From NCBI GenBank assembly GCA_035499555.1, contig DATJYO010000055.1, positions 222,757 through 286,756 of the forward strand: a DNA stretch of 64,000 bases, given 5' to 3'. The notes below the pieces were generated by a model. The model ran no database searches. It had not been told where the DNA came from and saw nothing but the letters and a program-made list of their open reading frames with translations. A program made the position numbers and the translations under genes. The stretch comes from Bryobacteraceae bacterium. Its GTDB lineage: Bacteria > Acidobacteriota > Terriglobia > Bryobacterales > Bryobacteraceae. This document shows, one piece after another, positions 46,497 through 56,076 of the stretch (its first letter is position 1; each line of letters begins with the position of its first letter).

Positions 46497-47927
46497 ATGA
46501 AGATCCTGATGGTGGCTTCCGAGGCGGCGCCTTTCGCCAAAACCGGCGGCTTGGCCGACGTGGTGGGATCTTTGCCTGCCGCGCTGAAAAAGCTGGGGCA
46601 CGAGGTGGCGGTGCTGTTGCCGCGGTATCCGGCGGTGGATCTCAAATCCACGCGCCGGGTGTACGACTGGCTGCCGGTGTGGGTCCCGCCCCGCCGTTTC
46701 GATACGTCGCTCTATCTGATCGAACGCGAGACGCCTTTCTACTTCCTGGACTCTCCCGTGCTGTTCGACCGGCCCGGGCTCTATGGCGAAGACGGTGAGG
46801 ACTACCCGGACAACCATATACGGTTCGCCGCCCTGGCGCAGGCCGCCCTGGAGTTCTGCCGGCGCGTGTGGCGGCCTGACGTGATCCACGGCCACGACTG
46901 GCAGGCGGGTCTGACGCCGGTGTATTTACACACCATCTATGCCAATGACCCCACGTTTTTCGGCATCCGGACGCTGTTCACGGTGCACAACGTCGGTTAT
47001 CACGGACTTTTTCCGGCCGCCACCCAGGCCGAGATCGGGCTCGCCGGTACGGACGCTTTCCGTCCCGGGGGACTGGAGTTCTTCGGCCAGGTCTGTTATC
47101 TGAAAGGCGGGCTGAACTACTCCGATGCGCTGAACACCGTGAGCCCTGCCTACGCCCGCGAGATCCAGACCGCCGAGTACGGTTTCGGGCTGGACGGCGT
47201 CCTGCGCGCCCGCAGCGGCGTGCTTTCGGGCATCCTCAACGGGGTGGACTATACCGAATGGAATCCGCAGACCGATCGGTACATCGCGGCCAACTATTCG
47301 GCCGCCGATCTGGCCGGCAAGCGTGCGTGCAAGGAAGATCTGCTGCGGGTGTTCGGAGCGGCGCCGGAGGGGTTGGCGGACGCCATGGCCGCGCCCCTCA
47401 TCGGCATCGTCTCCCGCTTCACCAGCCAGAAAGGCGCCGACCTGATCGCCGCGGCGGCGGACGCCATGGTTGCGGAAGGTTATTACCTGGTGGCGCTGGG
47501 CGCGGGCGAGCCGCGATATGAGGAGATGTTCCATGCCATCGCCGCCCGCCACCCGGGCCGCATCGCGGTGCGCATCGGATACGATAATGCCCTGGCGCAC
47601 AAGATCGAAGCCGGCGCCGATGTGTTCCTCATGCCCAGCCGGTACGAGCCTTGCGGCCTTAACCAGATGTATAGCCTGAAGTACGGCACGGTCCCGGTAG
47701 TGCGCGCGACGGGTGGCCTTGATGATACTATCGAACCTGGGACCGGGTTCAAGTTCTGGCAGTACGCCGGGGACGCCTTAGCGGGCGCCCTGCGGGCAGC
47801 CCGCGCGGCATTCGCCGATCCGGAGGGCTGGCAGGCCATCATGCGAGCCGGCATGGCCAAGGACTTTTCCTGGGACGTTTCCGCCGCGGAGTACGCGCGG
47901 CTCTACCGTAGCCTATGCGGGATTTGA
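46497..47927 (+). CDS. glgA: Glycogen synthase (ADP-glucose type)
   Basis: MKILMVASEAAPFAKTGGLADVVGSLP (KTGGL motif), HDWQAG, and C-terminal PSRYEPCGLNQMY with ATGGLDDTI. Confidence 0.93.
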   Translation: MKILMVASEAAPFAKTGGLADVVGSLPAALKKLGHEVAVLLPRYPAVDLKSTRRVYDWLPVWVPPRRFDTSLYLIERETPFYFLDSPVLFDRPGLYGEDGEDYPDNHIRFAALAQAALEFCRRVWRPDVIHGHDWQAGLTPVYLHTIYANDPTFFGIRTLFTVHNVGYHGLFPAATQAEIGLAGTDAFRPGGLEFFGQVCYLKGGLNYSDALNTVSPAYAREIQTAEYGFGLDGVLRARSGVLSGILNGVDYTEWNPQTDRYIAANYSAADLAGKRACKEDLLRVFGAAPEGLADAMAAPLIGIVSRFTSQKGADLIAAAADAMVAEGYYLVALGAGEPRYEEMFHAIAARHPGRIAVRIGYDNALAHKIEAGADVFLMPSRYEPCGLNQMYSLKYGTVPVVRATGGLDDTIEPGTGFKFWQYAGDALAGALRAARAAFADPEGWQAIMRAGMAKDFSWDVSAAEYARLYRSLCGI

Positions 47928-47982
47928 ATCCCCGGGCTTACGGATGGATCTAATTTGATTAAGGAGAGTAGGAGAGAAGTAG

Positions 47983-48318
47983 ATGGCGGGTCAAAACACG
48001 CTTACCTTTACCGACGGAAGTTTCGACCAGGATGTCTTGCGGTCCGATGTGCCGGTTCTTGTGGATTTTTGGGCCGAGTGGTGCGGCCCGTGCCGCCAGA
48101 TGGCGCCAACCATCGACGTGGTGGCCCAGGAATATGCCGGAAAGCTGAAGGTGGGAAAGCTGGACGTGGATAGCAATATCAACACGGCCGGCCGCTACAA
48201 TATTCGCGGCATTCCGACATTATTGCTGTTCAAGGACGGGCGCATCGTGGAACAGCGGGTGGGCGCGGTCGGCAAGTCCGAAGTCGTGCGCATGCTCCAA
48301 CCGCACGTCGCGCAGTAA
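47983..48318 (+). CDS. trxA: Thioredoxin
   Basis: 111 aa, WAEWCGPCRQMAP active site, GIPTLLLFKDG. Confidence 0.93.
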   Translation: MAGQNTLTFTDGSFDQDVLRSDVPVLVDFWAEWCGPCRQMAPTIDVVAQEYAGKLKVGKLDVDSNINTAGRYNIRGIPTLLLFKDGRIVEQRVGAVGKSEVVRMLQPHVAQ

Positions 48319-48322
48319 GCCG

Positions 48323-48709
48323 TCAGCGGGACCGCTGCACAGGCAGTTCCTCTTCCCCCCAGATCCCCATTTGTTCCTGGCAGGGCACGCAGTAGCGGGC
48401 CCACGGGACGGCCTGCAGCCGTTTCGCCGGGATGGGCTGCTCACAAGCCAGGCAGATGCCGTAATCGCCCGAACGTACGCGGTCGAGCGCCTCCTCCACC
48501 AGACGAAGCTGGCCGTAATCGAGGCTGTTCAAGCGCAGCGATACAAACTCGTCGTGCGAGATCTGAGCCTGGTCGTCTTCGGCGACCCGGCCCATCTTCG
48601 CCAGGGTGTCAAACTTGACTCCCAGGCCCGAGACTACCTGCTCACGCCTCTCTAACAACATGCGGTAGTAATCGTCGGCCGGCGCGCCGCTCTCTGGTTG
48701 CTTCTTCAT
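48323..48709 (-). CDS. DksA/TraR-family C4 zinc-finger protein
   Basis: CLACEQPIPAKRLQAVPWARYCVPC zinc finger preceded by a coiled-coil region. ATG at 48709 (MKKQPE...) is preferred over GTG at 48727. Confidence 0.8.
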   Translation of the reverse strand: MKKQPESGAPADDYYRMLLERREQVVSGLGVKFDTLAKMGRVAEDDQAQISHDEFVSLRLNSLDYGQLRLVEEALDRVRSGDYGICLACEQPIPAKRLQAVPWARYCVPCQEQMGIWGEEELPVQRSR

Positions 48710-48838
48710 TTCCGGGGGCTCCCACACACGTGTTATTTCAGACCGCGGTCACCTGAAATAGTTCAAGCGAACGTAGCAGAATTCTCGTCCGAATACAAGT
48801 TGCTCGCGTGTAATATTTTGGCGGCCGACGGCGCTAAG

Positions 48839-50206
48839 ATGAAGACAATTACAGTGCCCATTAAACGACGCATTCTGGTAGTGGAGGACGAAGAGAAGTT
48901 GCGCCGGGTCATCGAGCTGCAATTGGCCTCCGCCGGCTTTGAAGTGGAAAAGGCCGGCACCGCCGAGAGCGCTCTCAATCTGGCGGAACGCGCCGACCTG
49001 GTGCTCACCGATCTGCGGCTGCCGCACATGGACGGGCTGGAACTGCTGGCAGCCATTCGCCGCCAGAATTCGCACACGCCGGTGATCGTGATGACCGCGT
49101 TCGGCACGATTGAGACCGCGGTGGAAGCCATGAAGGCCGGCGCCACCGATTTCCTGCTCAAGCCGTTCTCGCTCGATCATCTGATGACGGTGGTGCAGAA
49201 AGCGCTCGAAGTGCGCGCCCTGCGCGACGAGAATCTCAAGCTGCGCGAAGAGCTGGGCCGGCGATACGAGTTTGACAACATCATCGGTCGCAGCGGCCCC
49301 ATGCAGGAGATCTTCGCGACCATTACGCGCGTGGCGCCCACGCGCGCCACCGTTCTGCTGGCGGGCGAAAGCGGCGTGGGCAAGGACCTGATCGCGCGCG
49401 CCATTCATTTCCACTCGCCGCGGCGCGAGCGTCCGCTGGTCAAGATCAACTGCACCGCCATCCCCGAGAACCTGATGGAGAGCGAACTGTTCGGCTTCGA
49501 AAAGGGCGCCTTCACCGGCGCGCTGGCCGCCAAGCCCGGCAAGTTCGAGCAGGCCGATACCGGGACGGTGTTCCTGGACGAAATCGGCGATGTGCCGGCC
49601 TCCATCCAGGTGAAGCTCCTGCGCGTGCTGCAGGAGCGCGAATTCGAACGGCTGGGCAGCAACGTGACCCGGCGCATCGACGTGCGGGTGGTAGCGGCCA
49701 CCAACCAGGATCTGCGCGCCGCCCTGGAGCAGGGCACCTTCCGCGAGGATCTCTATTACCGCCTGAACGTGGTGCCCATGAACATTCCGCCGTTGCGCGA
49801 GCGCAAAGAAGACATCCCGTTTCTGGCGCAGCATTTCGTCGAGAAGCTGGGACCGGATACCGGCAATCGGGTGAAGTCGCTTACCGACCCCGCCATCGAC
49901 AAGCTGATGTCTTATCATTGGCCCGGCAATGTGCGCGAACTGGAGAACGTGATCGAGCGCAGCCTGGTGATGTGCTCGCACGGCCAGTTGGACGCCGCCG
50001 ATATCAAGCTCGAAATGGCGCCGCGCAGCCGCGCGCAAACCGATCATTTCCTGCCGGAAGGCATGACCCTCGATCAATACGAGCAGGATCTGATCCGCGA
50101 AGCGCTGCGCCGCGCCGACGGCAACAAAAGCCAGGCCGCCCGGCTACTGGGTCTCACCCGCAACGCCCTGCGCTACCGGCTGACGCAGATGGGCCTTGAA
50201 TCCTAG
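48839..50206 (+). CDS. Sigma-54-dependent Fis-family response regulator (NtrC family)
   Basis: ATG at 48839 inside ORF 48698-50206. Receiver domain (ILVVEDEE..., DLVLTDLRLPHMDG). AAA+ module with GESGVGKD, ESELFGFEKGAFTGA (GAFTGA) and VRVVAATN. C-terminal HTH is QAARLLGLTRNALRYRL. Confidence 0.9.
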   Translation: MKTITVPIKRRILVVEDEEKLRRVIELQLASAGFEVEKAGTAESALNLAERADLVLTDLRLPHMDGLELLAAIRRQNSHTPVIVMTAFGTIETAVEAMKAGATDFLLKPFSLDHLMTVVQKALEVRALRDENLKLREELGRRYEFDNIIGRSGPMQEIFATITRVAPTRATVLLAGESGVGKDLIARAIHFHSPRRERPLVKINCTAIPENLMESELFGFEKGAFTGALAAKPGKFEQADTGTVFLDEIGDVPASIQVKLLRVLQEREFERLGSNVTRRIDVRVVAATNQDLRAALEQGTFREDLYYRLNVVPMNIPPLRERKEDIPFLAQHFVEKLGPDTGNRVKSLTDPAIDKLMSYHWPGNVRELENVIERSLVMCSHGQLDAADIKLEMAPRSRAQTDHFLPEGMTLDQYEQDLIREALRRADGNKSQAARLLGLTRNALRYRLTQMGLES

Positions 50207-50252
50207 CGGCTGCGCACCGTAGTATACTACCGGCTTCCGTTAAGGAGAGGCC

Positions 50253-51569
50253 ATGTTGCCCAGCTACATCGCCAAAGCCGTACCGAATCCTCCCGCCAAT
50301 CGCGGACCGTGGTACGCGAATATCGCGCCCAGTTACGCGGGGATCTTTCTCTGGATCGCCTTTTATCTCCCCATCGCCAAAGGCATCATTCCCCACGCCG
50401 GCCTGGGACTGTGCCTGGCTGCCATCGTAGTCGCGGGGCTGCTCAGCTACGCGCTGTACTACTATGCGCCGGCGATGCTCGGCATGAAGACCGGGTTTCC
50501 GCTCTATGTGGTCGGCAGCTCCACCTTTGGCACGGCGGGCGGCTACGTGATGCCGGGACTGCTGATGGGCCTGTTGCAGGTCGGCTGGTTTGCGGTGAAC
50601 ACCGCCATCTCCACGCGCTTCATCCTGAACACGGTGGGATCCAAAGCCGGGCCGGGCAGCATACCGTATATCGTCATCGGCATTTTGTGGGGCTACGGAA
50701 TGGCCTACATCGGCGTCATGGGCATTCAGTACGTGGCCAAGCTGTCACGCTACCTGATCGTGATTCCGGCGGCCATGGTTCTCCTGGTCTTCTTCCGTAC
50801 CAGCCCTGGTATCGCCGTGTATACGCCGCGGGACCCGCACCCTTGGGTGGCATTCACACTGCTGATCCAAATCATCATCGGGTTCTTCGCCACGGCGGGC
50901 GCGGCGGGCGCCGACTTCGGAATGAACAGCCGCAATGAAACCGATGTCCGCCTGGGGGGACTTACGGGTATCACGCTGGCGATCGTCTTTGCGGCCGGAT
51001 TGCCGCTGCTATCGGTGGCGGGCGCCACGAGCATCTTTCATACGCTGCCGGGGCTCGGTTACGACGATGTGATCATGGCAATCGGCGGCGTGCTGGCCAC
51101 GGCCATGTTCCTCCTGTTCACCATCGCGTCCATCGCCCCCGCCTGCTTTTGCGCTTTTATCGCGGGCAACAGCTTCTCCACGATGATCCCGGGCGTGCCG
51201 CGCATCTCCTCCACCATGGCGGGCGTGACGGTCTCCATCGTTCTGGCGGTCACCGGCGTGGCCGAAAACCTGATCGGCTTCTTCACCATCGTGGGCGCTT
51301 CGTTCGGTCCTATTTGCGGTGCCATGGCGGCCGACTACCTGCTCTCTGGCAAGCGCTGGGCCGGGCCTCGCGACGGGGTGAACTGGGCCGGCTACCTGGC
51401 GTGGGCGGTCGGGTTTATGGTCGGCATCCTGCCGGTCGTGCTGGTCGGCGAGAGCGCCAAAACGTACGTTCAGCCGGCCGTGCTCTACAGTTTCGTGACT
51501 GGCTTTGTGGTGTACGCGGTATTGGCGAAAGCCGGATTGCAGCCGAAGACCGTACCGTTGGCCGGCTAG
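50253..51569 (+). CDS. NCS1/cytosine-permease-like transporter (purine-cytosine/hydroxymethylpyrimidine permease family)
   Basis: AAGGAGAG SD. 438-aa protein with about 12 TM segments. The N-terminal region and overall layout resemble CodB/CytX-type permeases. Substrate unknown. Confidence 0.75.
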   Translation: MLPSYIAKAVPNPPANRGPWYANIAPSYAGIFLWIAFYLPIAKGIIPHAGLGLCLAAIVVAGLLSYALYYYAPAMLGMKTGFPLYVVGSSTFGTAGGYVMPGLLMGLLQVGWFAVNTAISTRFILNTVGSKAGPGSIPYIVIGILWGYGMAYIGVMGIQYVAKLSRYLIVIPAAMVLLVFFRTSPGIAVYTPRDPHPWVAFTLLIQIIIGFFATAGAAGADFGMNSRNETDVRLGGLTGITLAIVFAAGLPLLSVAGATSIFHTLPGLGYDDVIMAIGGVLATAMFLLFTIASIAPACFCAFIAGNSFSTMIPGVPRISSTMAGVTVSIVLAVTGVAENLIGFFTIVGASFGPICGAMAADYLLSGKRWAGPRDGVNWAGYLAWAVGFMVGILPVVLVGESAKTYVQPAVLYSFVTGFVVYAVLAKAGLQPKTVPLAG

Positions 51570-51575
51570 GCGAGA

Positions 51576-52940
51576 TCAAACCCGCTTTTCCACACGAAGC
51601 CGCAGCCCGTGCCGGGGCCGCAGCGTGACCGACGGAAAAGCTCTTACCGGATCCGGTGCGGCCAGTGAAAACTGGAAGCGCTGCATCAAAGTCGCCAGCA
51701 CCAGGGCCGATTCCGTCAGCGCCAGGCTGGCCCCCACGCATACCCGCGGCCCCGCGCCGAAGGGAAGGTAGGCGAACTTGGGCAGGTTGTTCTCGCGCCA
51801 GCGGTCGGGATCGAACCGCTCGGGATCCGGAAAGAAGCGCGGATCGCGGTGCAGCACCCACTGCGAAATAACCACATTGGTCCCGGCGCGCAGATGGTAT
51901 CCGCCCACCTCGAAATCGTGGATCGCCTTGCGCCCGATCGCCCATGCCGGGGGATACAGGCGCTGCGACTCCGTGAGCACCCTTTGCGTGAAAGGCAGGC
52001 TCTGCAATTCGGCGGCCTGCGCCGTGGCGCCTCCCAGCACCTCGCGAACCTCGGCAGCCAGCCGGGATTGCTGCTCGGGATGCCGCGCCAGCAGGTACAG
52101 CGTCCAGGCCAGGGTATTGGCGGTGGTTTCGTGGCCGGCCAGCAGCAGGGTCATGACTTCGTCGCGCAGTTGCCGGTCGGACATGCCCGTACCGTCGTCG
52201 TCACGGGCGTCCAGCAGCATATCCAGCAGATCGCCGGGACGCTCACCGTTCGTCCGCCGTTCGCGAATGATCCCGTAGACGATGCGGTCCAGGTCCGCCA
52301 GAGCGCGGCGAAAGCCGCCCAGGCCGGGGACCGGAACCCAGTCGGGAAGAAACGCGAAACCGGCCAGCTTGGGCATCTCCTGCAACACCACATCGACGGC
52401 GCGGCCTATGGTGCCGGCGGCGTGCGTGATGTCCACGTTGAACAGGCTGCGCGCGGCGATCTCCAGGGTTACCCGCATCATATCCGCGTGGACATCCCGC
52501 ACCTCGCCATCCCGCCAGGTTTCCAGCATGCGCCGGGTGTAGGAAGTCATGAGGCTGCCGTAGGAGAGAATCCGATCGCGAAAGAAGGCGGGCTGCACCA
52601 GGCGGCGCTGGTGCTTCCAGAACTCGCCTTCGCTGGTGAGAAGCCCCTGGCCCAGCACACGCGACAGCGCCCGGTAGTCCATGGACTTGGTGAAGTTCTG
52701 GTAGTCGGTGACCAGCACGTACTCGATGCCGGCCGGACTGTTGATCACACAGGCGGGAGAGCCGAAAAAGCCGAAGCCGACGATATCGCCATAGCGCCGG
52801 ACCAACCACGGCAGCAGGTCCAGCCAGCCGTTCGGCGCGCGTAGCAGATACCACCAGAACGACAAACCGCGCGGCCCCGGCGGGGTCGCGCGGTTGAGGG
52901 AAGCAACTGTGGCGGGCTGGCCGGTCCTGACGAATCCCAT
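51576..52940 (-). CDS. Cytochrome P450
   Basis: Heme-thiolate loop FGAGPRVCVGASLA, I-helix LLAGHETT, ExxR (ESQRL). Confidence 0.9.
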   Translation of the reverse strand: MGFVRTGQPATVASLNRATPPGPRGLSFWWYLLRAPNGWLDLLPWLVRRYGDIVGFGFFGSPACVINSPAGIEYVLVTDYQNFTKSMDYRALSRVLGQGLLTSEGEFWKHQRRLVQPAFFRDRILSYGSLMTSYTRRMLETWRDGEVRDVHADMMRVTLEIAARSLFNVDITHAAGTIGRAVDVVLQEMPKLAGFAFLPDWVPVPGLGGFRRALADLDRIVYGIIRERRTNGERPGDLLDMLLDARDDDGTGMSDRQLRDEVMTLLLAGHETTANTLAWTLYLLARHPEQQSRLAAEVREVLGGATAQAAELQSLPFTQRVLTESQRLYPPAWAIGRKAIHDFEVGGYHLRAGTNVVISQWVLHRDPRFFPDPERFDPDRWRENNLPKFAYLPFGAGPRVCVGASLALTESALVLATLMQRFQFSLAAPDPVRAFPSVTLRPRHGLRLRVEKRV

Positions 52941-52969
52941 CCCGCTATCTTACTTCGTGGACGCGGTCC

Positions 52970-53731
52970 TTACTGTTCCTGGGTGATGTGGGCGCGGCGG
53001 TTCTTCTGCCAGCACTCCTCATCGTGCTCGGTGCAGACCGGCTTTTCCTTGCCGAAACTGACCGTCTTCAATTGCGAGCCCGGCACGCCGAGCGATGCCA
53101 GATAGTCTTTGGCCTGCTCCGCCCGCTTGTCGCCCAAAGCGATGTTGTATTGCTCGGATCCCCGCTCATCGCAGTAGCCCTGCACGGTGAGCTTGTAATC
53201 CGGATACTGTTTCAGGATCTCGCCGAGCGTCTTGGCGTCGGCGGCCAGAGCGGTCTGCGCATCCGGACGGATGTTGTGCCGGTCATAATCGAAGTACGCA
53301 TCCTGGATCCGGTCGAGCAGTTCCTGAATCCGATTCTTGGTGGCCTGGTCCGGCATGCGCGATGCGGTGCGCACCGTGATGCTTACGCTGGTGGTGGCCG
53401 AAGCATTCCCACCGGGGCCCGTGGCGGTCAGCGTGTACGTGGTGTCGGAGCTGGGGAAGATCGTACGGCTGCCGGACTCGTTCACGGAGCCCAGGGCAGG
53501 AGAAATCTGAACGTTGTTGGCGTGCTCCACGGCCCAGCGTAGGGTGGCTTGGCCGCCTTTCTCGATACTCGAGGGATTCGCCGCAAAAAGTGAGATCACG
53601 GGTTTTTCGGGCGAGGCAGCCTTCGCTTCTTGGGCCTGGGCCGGCGGTGGGGGCTTTACGGCGACTTTCTTCGAGCAGCCGACACCCACCAGACAGGCAA
53701 CCCCGATCATGGCGCAAAGTGATCTGTTCAC
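52970..53731 (-). CDS. OmpA-family peptidoglycan-associated lipoprotein (Pal-like) with an Ig-like insert
   Basis: GTG at 53731 has a GGAGG SD 7 nt upstream (the ORF track extends to 53797). Lipobox is LVGVGC. The Ig-like segment is ISLFAANPSSIEKGGQATLRWAVEHANNVQISP...YTLTATGPGG. The OmpA-like C-terminus is QGYCDERGSEQYNIALGDKRA. Confidence 0.85.
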   Translation of the reverse strand: MNRSLCAMIGVACLVGVGCSKKVAVKPPPPAQAQEAKAASPEKPVISLFAANPSSIEKGGQATLRWAVEHANNVQISPALGSVNESGSRTIFPSSDTTYTLTATGPGGNASATTSVSITVRTASRMPDQATKNRIQELLDRIQDAYFDYDRHNIRPDAQTALAADAKTLGEILKQYPDYKLTVQGYCDERGSEQYNIALGDKRAEQAKDYLASLGVPGSQLKTVSFGKEKPVCTEHDEECWQKNRRAHITQEQ

Positions 53732-53843
53732 GTGGTATTTCCTCCAGGAAATGTTTTCCTGTGTATAGGTTAGGCTGGCGCCTCCGCTTGGCGGCATCCC
53801 GTCGATACCGTATTTTTCTCGCGGTTACGGCACTCTGCCGAGC

Positions 53844-55241
53844 TCAGGCGGCCCGGTATCCGAACAGGCCTTTTTGCTGAATCACCGCCGCGGCTTCCGC
53901 CGGCACCAGCTTTTTCCACCCCGGGTCGCCCGATTGGATCGCCGCCAGCACAGCTCCCGGCGTCACGTGGAGTTCTTCGGCGTCGAAATCCCGCACGCAA
54001 TCGATAAAACGATTTGCCGACAGGTATTGATACAGATAGCGCAGTTCGGGCTTTACCTGTAAATCCTCGGCCGTAGTCAACCCGGAACTGCCGGCTTGCC
54101 GGGTCGGATGCACGAACAGCCGCACCTTTCCCTGAAAGAGCCGGCCCAGGCCCTCCAGGATGCCGCCATCCAGATCGGCGTAATACTTTTCGTCGAAGAT
54201 CTCGAGCAGAGTGGGAACTCCGATCGGCATACCGATCCAGTTCTGCGTATACTGGCGCAGATAAGTGGTGATCTTGTCGAAACGCGTGTAGTTCGAGACG
54301 ATGACCATCTTGCCTAAAGCGCTCAGGATGTCGACGCGCGCCAGGAAGTCCTCATGATCGATGGCGGACTCCGCCATGAGATTATTCAGAGTCATCTCCA
54401 TGATCGGCGCCAGGTTTTCCTGCGGCCCGACATCCTGCTGCAGTTGCCGGATCGCGCGTTCGAGCATGTCCAGCGTCACGTTGGTGACCGGGCGGAAACT
54501 GCCGCGCTCGATCATGATGGGCCGCTTGTACAGCACCTCCGCCGGTTGCACGACCTCGCCGTCGGCGGTGAACATCACCGCATCGGTGTGCTCCTGCTCC
54601 ACCAGTTGCAGGCTCATCAGGCGGTTATCCACGCCGTGGAAAGCCGGACCGGAGAATTTGATCATGTCAATCTCGATCCGCCGCCGGCTTAAGTCATCCA
54701 TAAGCGAGTTAATCAGGTGAGACGGATCGTCGGCATAATAGAAGGCGCCGTAGATGAGGTTCACGCCGGCCAAGCCGAGGGCCTCCTGCTGTTGCACCGT
54801 GACGGGATCGCGCATTTCCGCGTGGATGATGATCTCGGAAGCTTCGCCGCGCGGCTCGGTTTGGAAGCGCACGCCCAGCCAGCTATGTCCGGCGGGACGC
54901 GTATGCGTCTGCGTGGCGGCAGTATCGGCGAAGACGAAGAATGCGGTACGCTCGCCGCGGGCCGGTCCCAGGCGCTCGACCAGGTTCTTGAACTCATGGT
55001 CCAGCATGGCTTCCAGCCGCTGCCGGCTGACGTAGTGCGTGGTGGGGCCATAGAGTCCGTCGCTGACAGCCATGTCATATGCGGAAATCGTCTTGGCCAC
55101 GGTCCCGGCGGCCTTGCCGGCATGGAAGAACCAGCGGGCCACCTCCTGGCCTGCGCCGATCTCGGCGAACGTGCCGAATTTGCGGGCGTCCAGGTTGATC
55201 TTCAAAGCCTTCTGCCGGGTGCTGCCGGTTTCTTCCGCCAT
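53844..55241 (-). CDS. Conserved hypothetical protein (465 aa), function unknown
   Basis: GGGGAG SD. Clean ORF with balanced composition. N-terminal KINLDARKFGTFAEIGAGQEVARWFFHAGKAAGTVAKTISAYDM looks like a conserved family signature, but I cannot name the family. Confidence 0.75.
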   Translation of the reverse strand: MAEETGSTRQKALKINLDARKFGTFAEIGAGQEVARWFFHAGKAAGTVAKTISAYDMAVSDGLYGPTTHYVSRQRLEAMLDHEFKNLVERLGPARGERTAFFVFADTAATQTHTRPAGHSWLGVRFQTEPRGEASEIIIHAEMRDPVTVQQQEALGLAGVNLIYGAFYYADDPSHLINSLMDDLSRRRIEIDMIKFSGPAFHGVDNRLMSLQLVEQEHTDAVMFTADGEVVQPAEVLYKRPIMIERGSFRPVTNVTLDMLERAIRQLQQDVGPQENLAPIMEMTLNNLMAESAIDHEDFLARVDILSALGKMVIVSNYTRFDKITTYLRQYTQNWIGMPIGVPTLLEIFDEKYYADLDGGILEGLGRLFQGKVRLFVHPTRQAGSSGLTTAEDLQVKPELRYLYQYLSANRFIDCVRDFDAEELHVTPGAVLAAIQSGDPGWKKLVPAEAAAVIQQKGLFGYRAA

Positions 55242-55293
55242 GATTCTCCCCTCGCTCTTCTTCTATCGTAATGATTTGGCGCGGGACCGGCGC

Positions 55294-56031
55294 TTACAGA
55301 CTCTTCAGGATTTCCTTGGCTTCGGCGAGCAGAGCGAATTTCTTTTCGGCGGCCCGGAATTCGCGCGTGTGGACCCGCCGGCGGGCCCCCTTATGCTCCA
55401 CCGGGTAGCGCAGGTGCAGCATCTCGTGAAACATCACGTATTCCAGCGCGATCTTCGGCACGGCCGGGCTATCGAAAATGCGGCTGATGATGATGGCGTT
55501 GTGGGACGGATCGAAATGGCCGAGCATGTTGCGCGAGACCCCGCGGCTCCAGCCTAACTGAGGCTGCGCCAGCAGACCGGCGAAGTGCTCCACGTTCAGC
55601 GCGGCGAACACCGTCTCCAAGTTATAATGACTACCTTGTGGGCCGGAGACAAACTTGCGGCCCCGGATCTGGCGGACCAGGTGCATTTGCCGGCGGATAT
55701 CGCGCCGGTTCAAGTAAAGCCGGTAGCGGTGCGAATAGATGCGGGCGATGGGACGGCGGAACAGCTTGCCCAATAGGATATAGGCTAAGGCTTCCGCTAC
55801 CGGAGCCGGCGCGGCTTCCAGCATGTCGGAGATCCGCACGCGGATGGCGCCGGATTCCATACGAATGAAGCTGTCGGCATTGGCAAAGCGGCAAAACTCC
55901 ACGGTGATGCTCGGCAGTGGAGTGCGAGGTTTGAATTCCCGGAAAACCCGGGCGTAGATTTCTTCCGTGGTTTCGAAGAGCAAGGCGCTTTGAAATCCGG
56001 ATACGGCAGAACCCGTGCCGTGCTCTTGCAT
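55294..56031 (-). CDS. SprT-like / DUF45-like zinc metallopeptidase-fold protein (HExxH)
   Basis: Only the last 245 codons of ORF 55294-57429 are credible, with ATG at 56031. The HEMLH motif sits in ALEYVMFHEMLHLRYPVEHKG...HTREF. The upstream part of that ORF is antisense to fabH. Confidence 0.75.
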   Translation of the reverse strand: MQEHGTGSAVSGFQSALLFETTEEIYARVFREFKPRTPLPSITVEFCRFANADSFIRMESGAIRVRISDMLEAAPAPVAEALAYILLGKLFRRPIARIYSHRYRLYLNRRDIRRQMHLVRQIRGRKFVSGPQGSHYNLETVFAALNVEHFAGLLAQPQLGWSRGVSRNMLGHFDPSHNAIIISRIFDSPAVPKIALEYVMFHEMLHLRYPVEHKGARRRVHTREFRAAEKKFALLAEAKEILKSL

Positions 56032-56076
56032 TTCTATACAATTTAACATATCAAGGTCAGGAGTCTTGGAGGGAAC

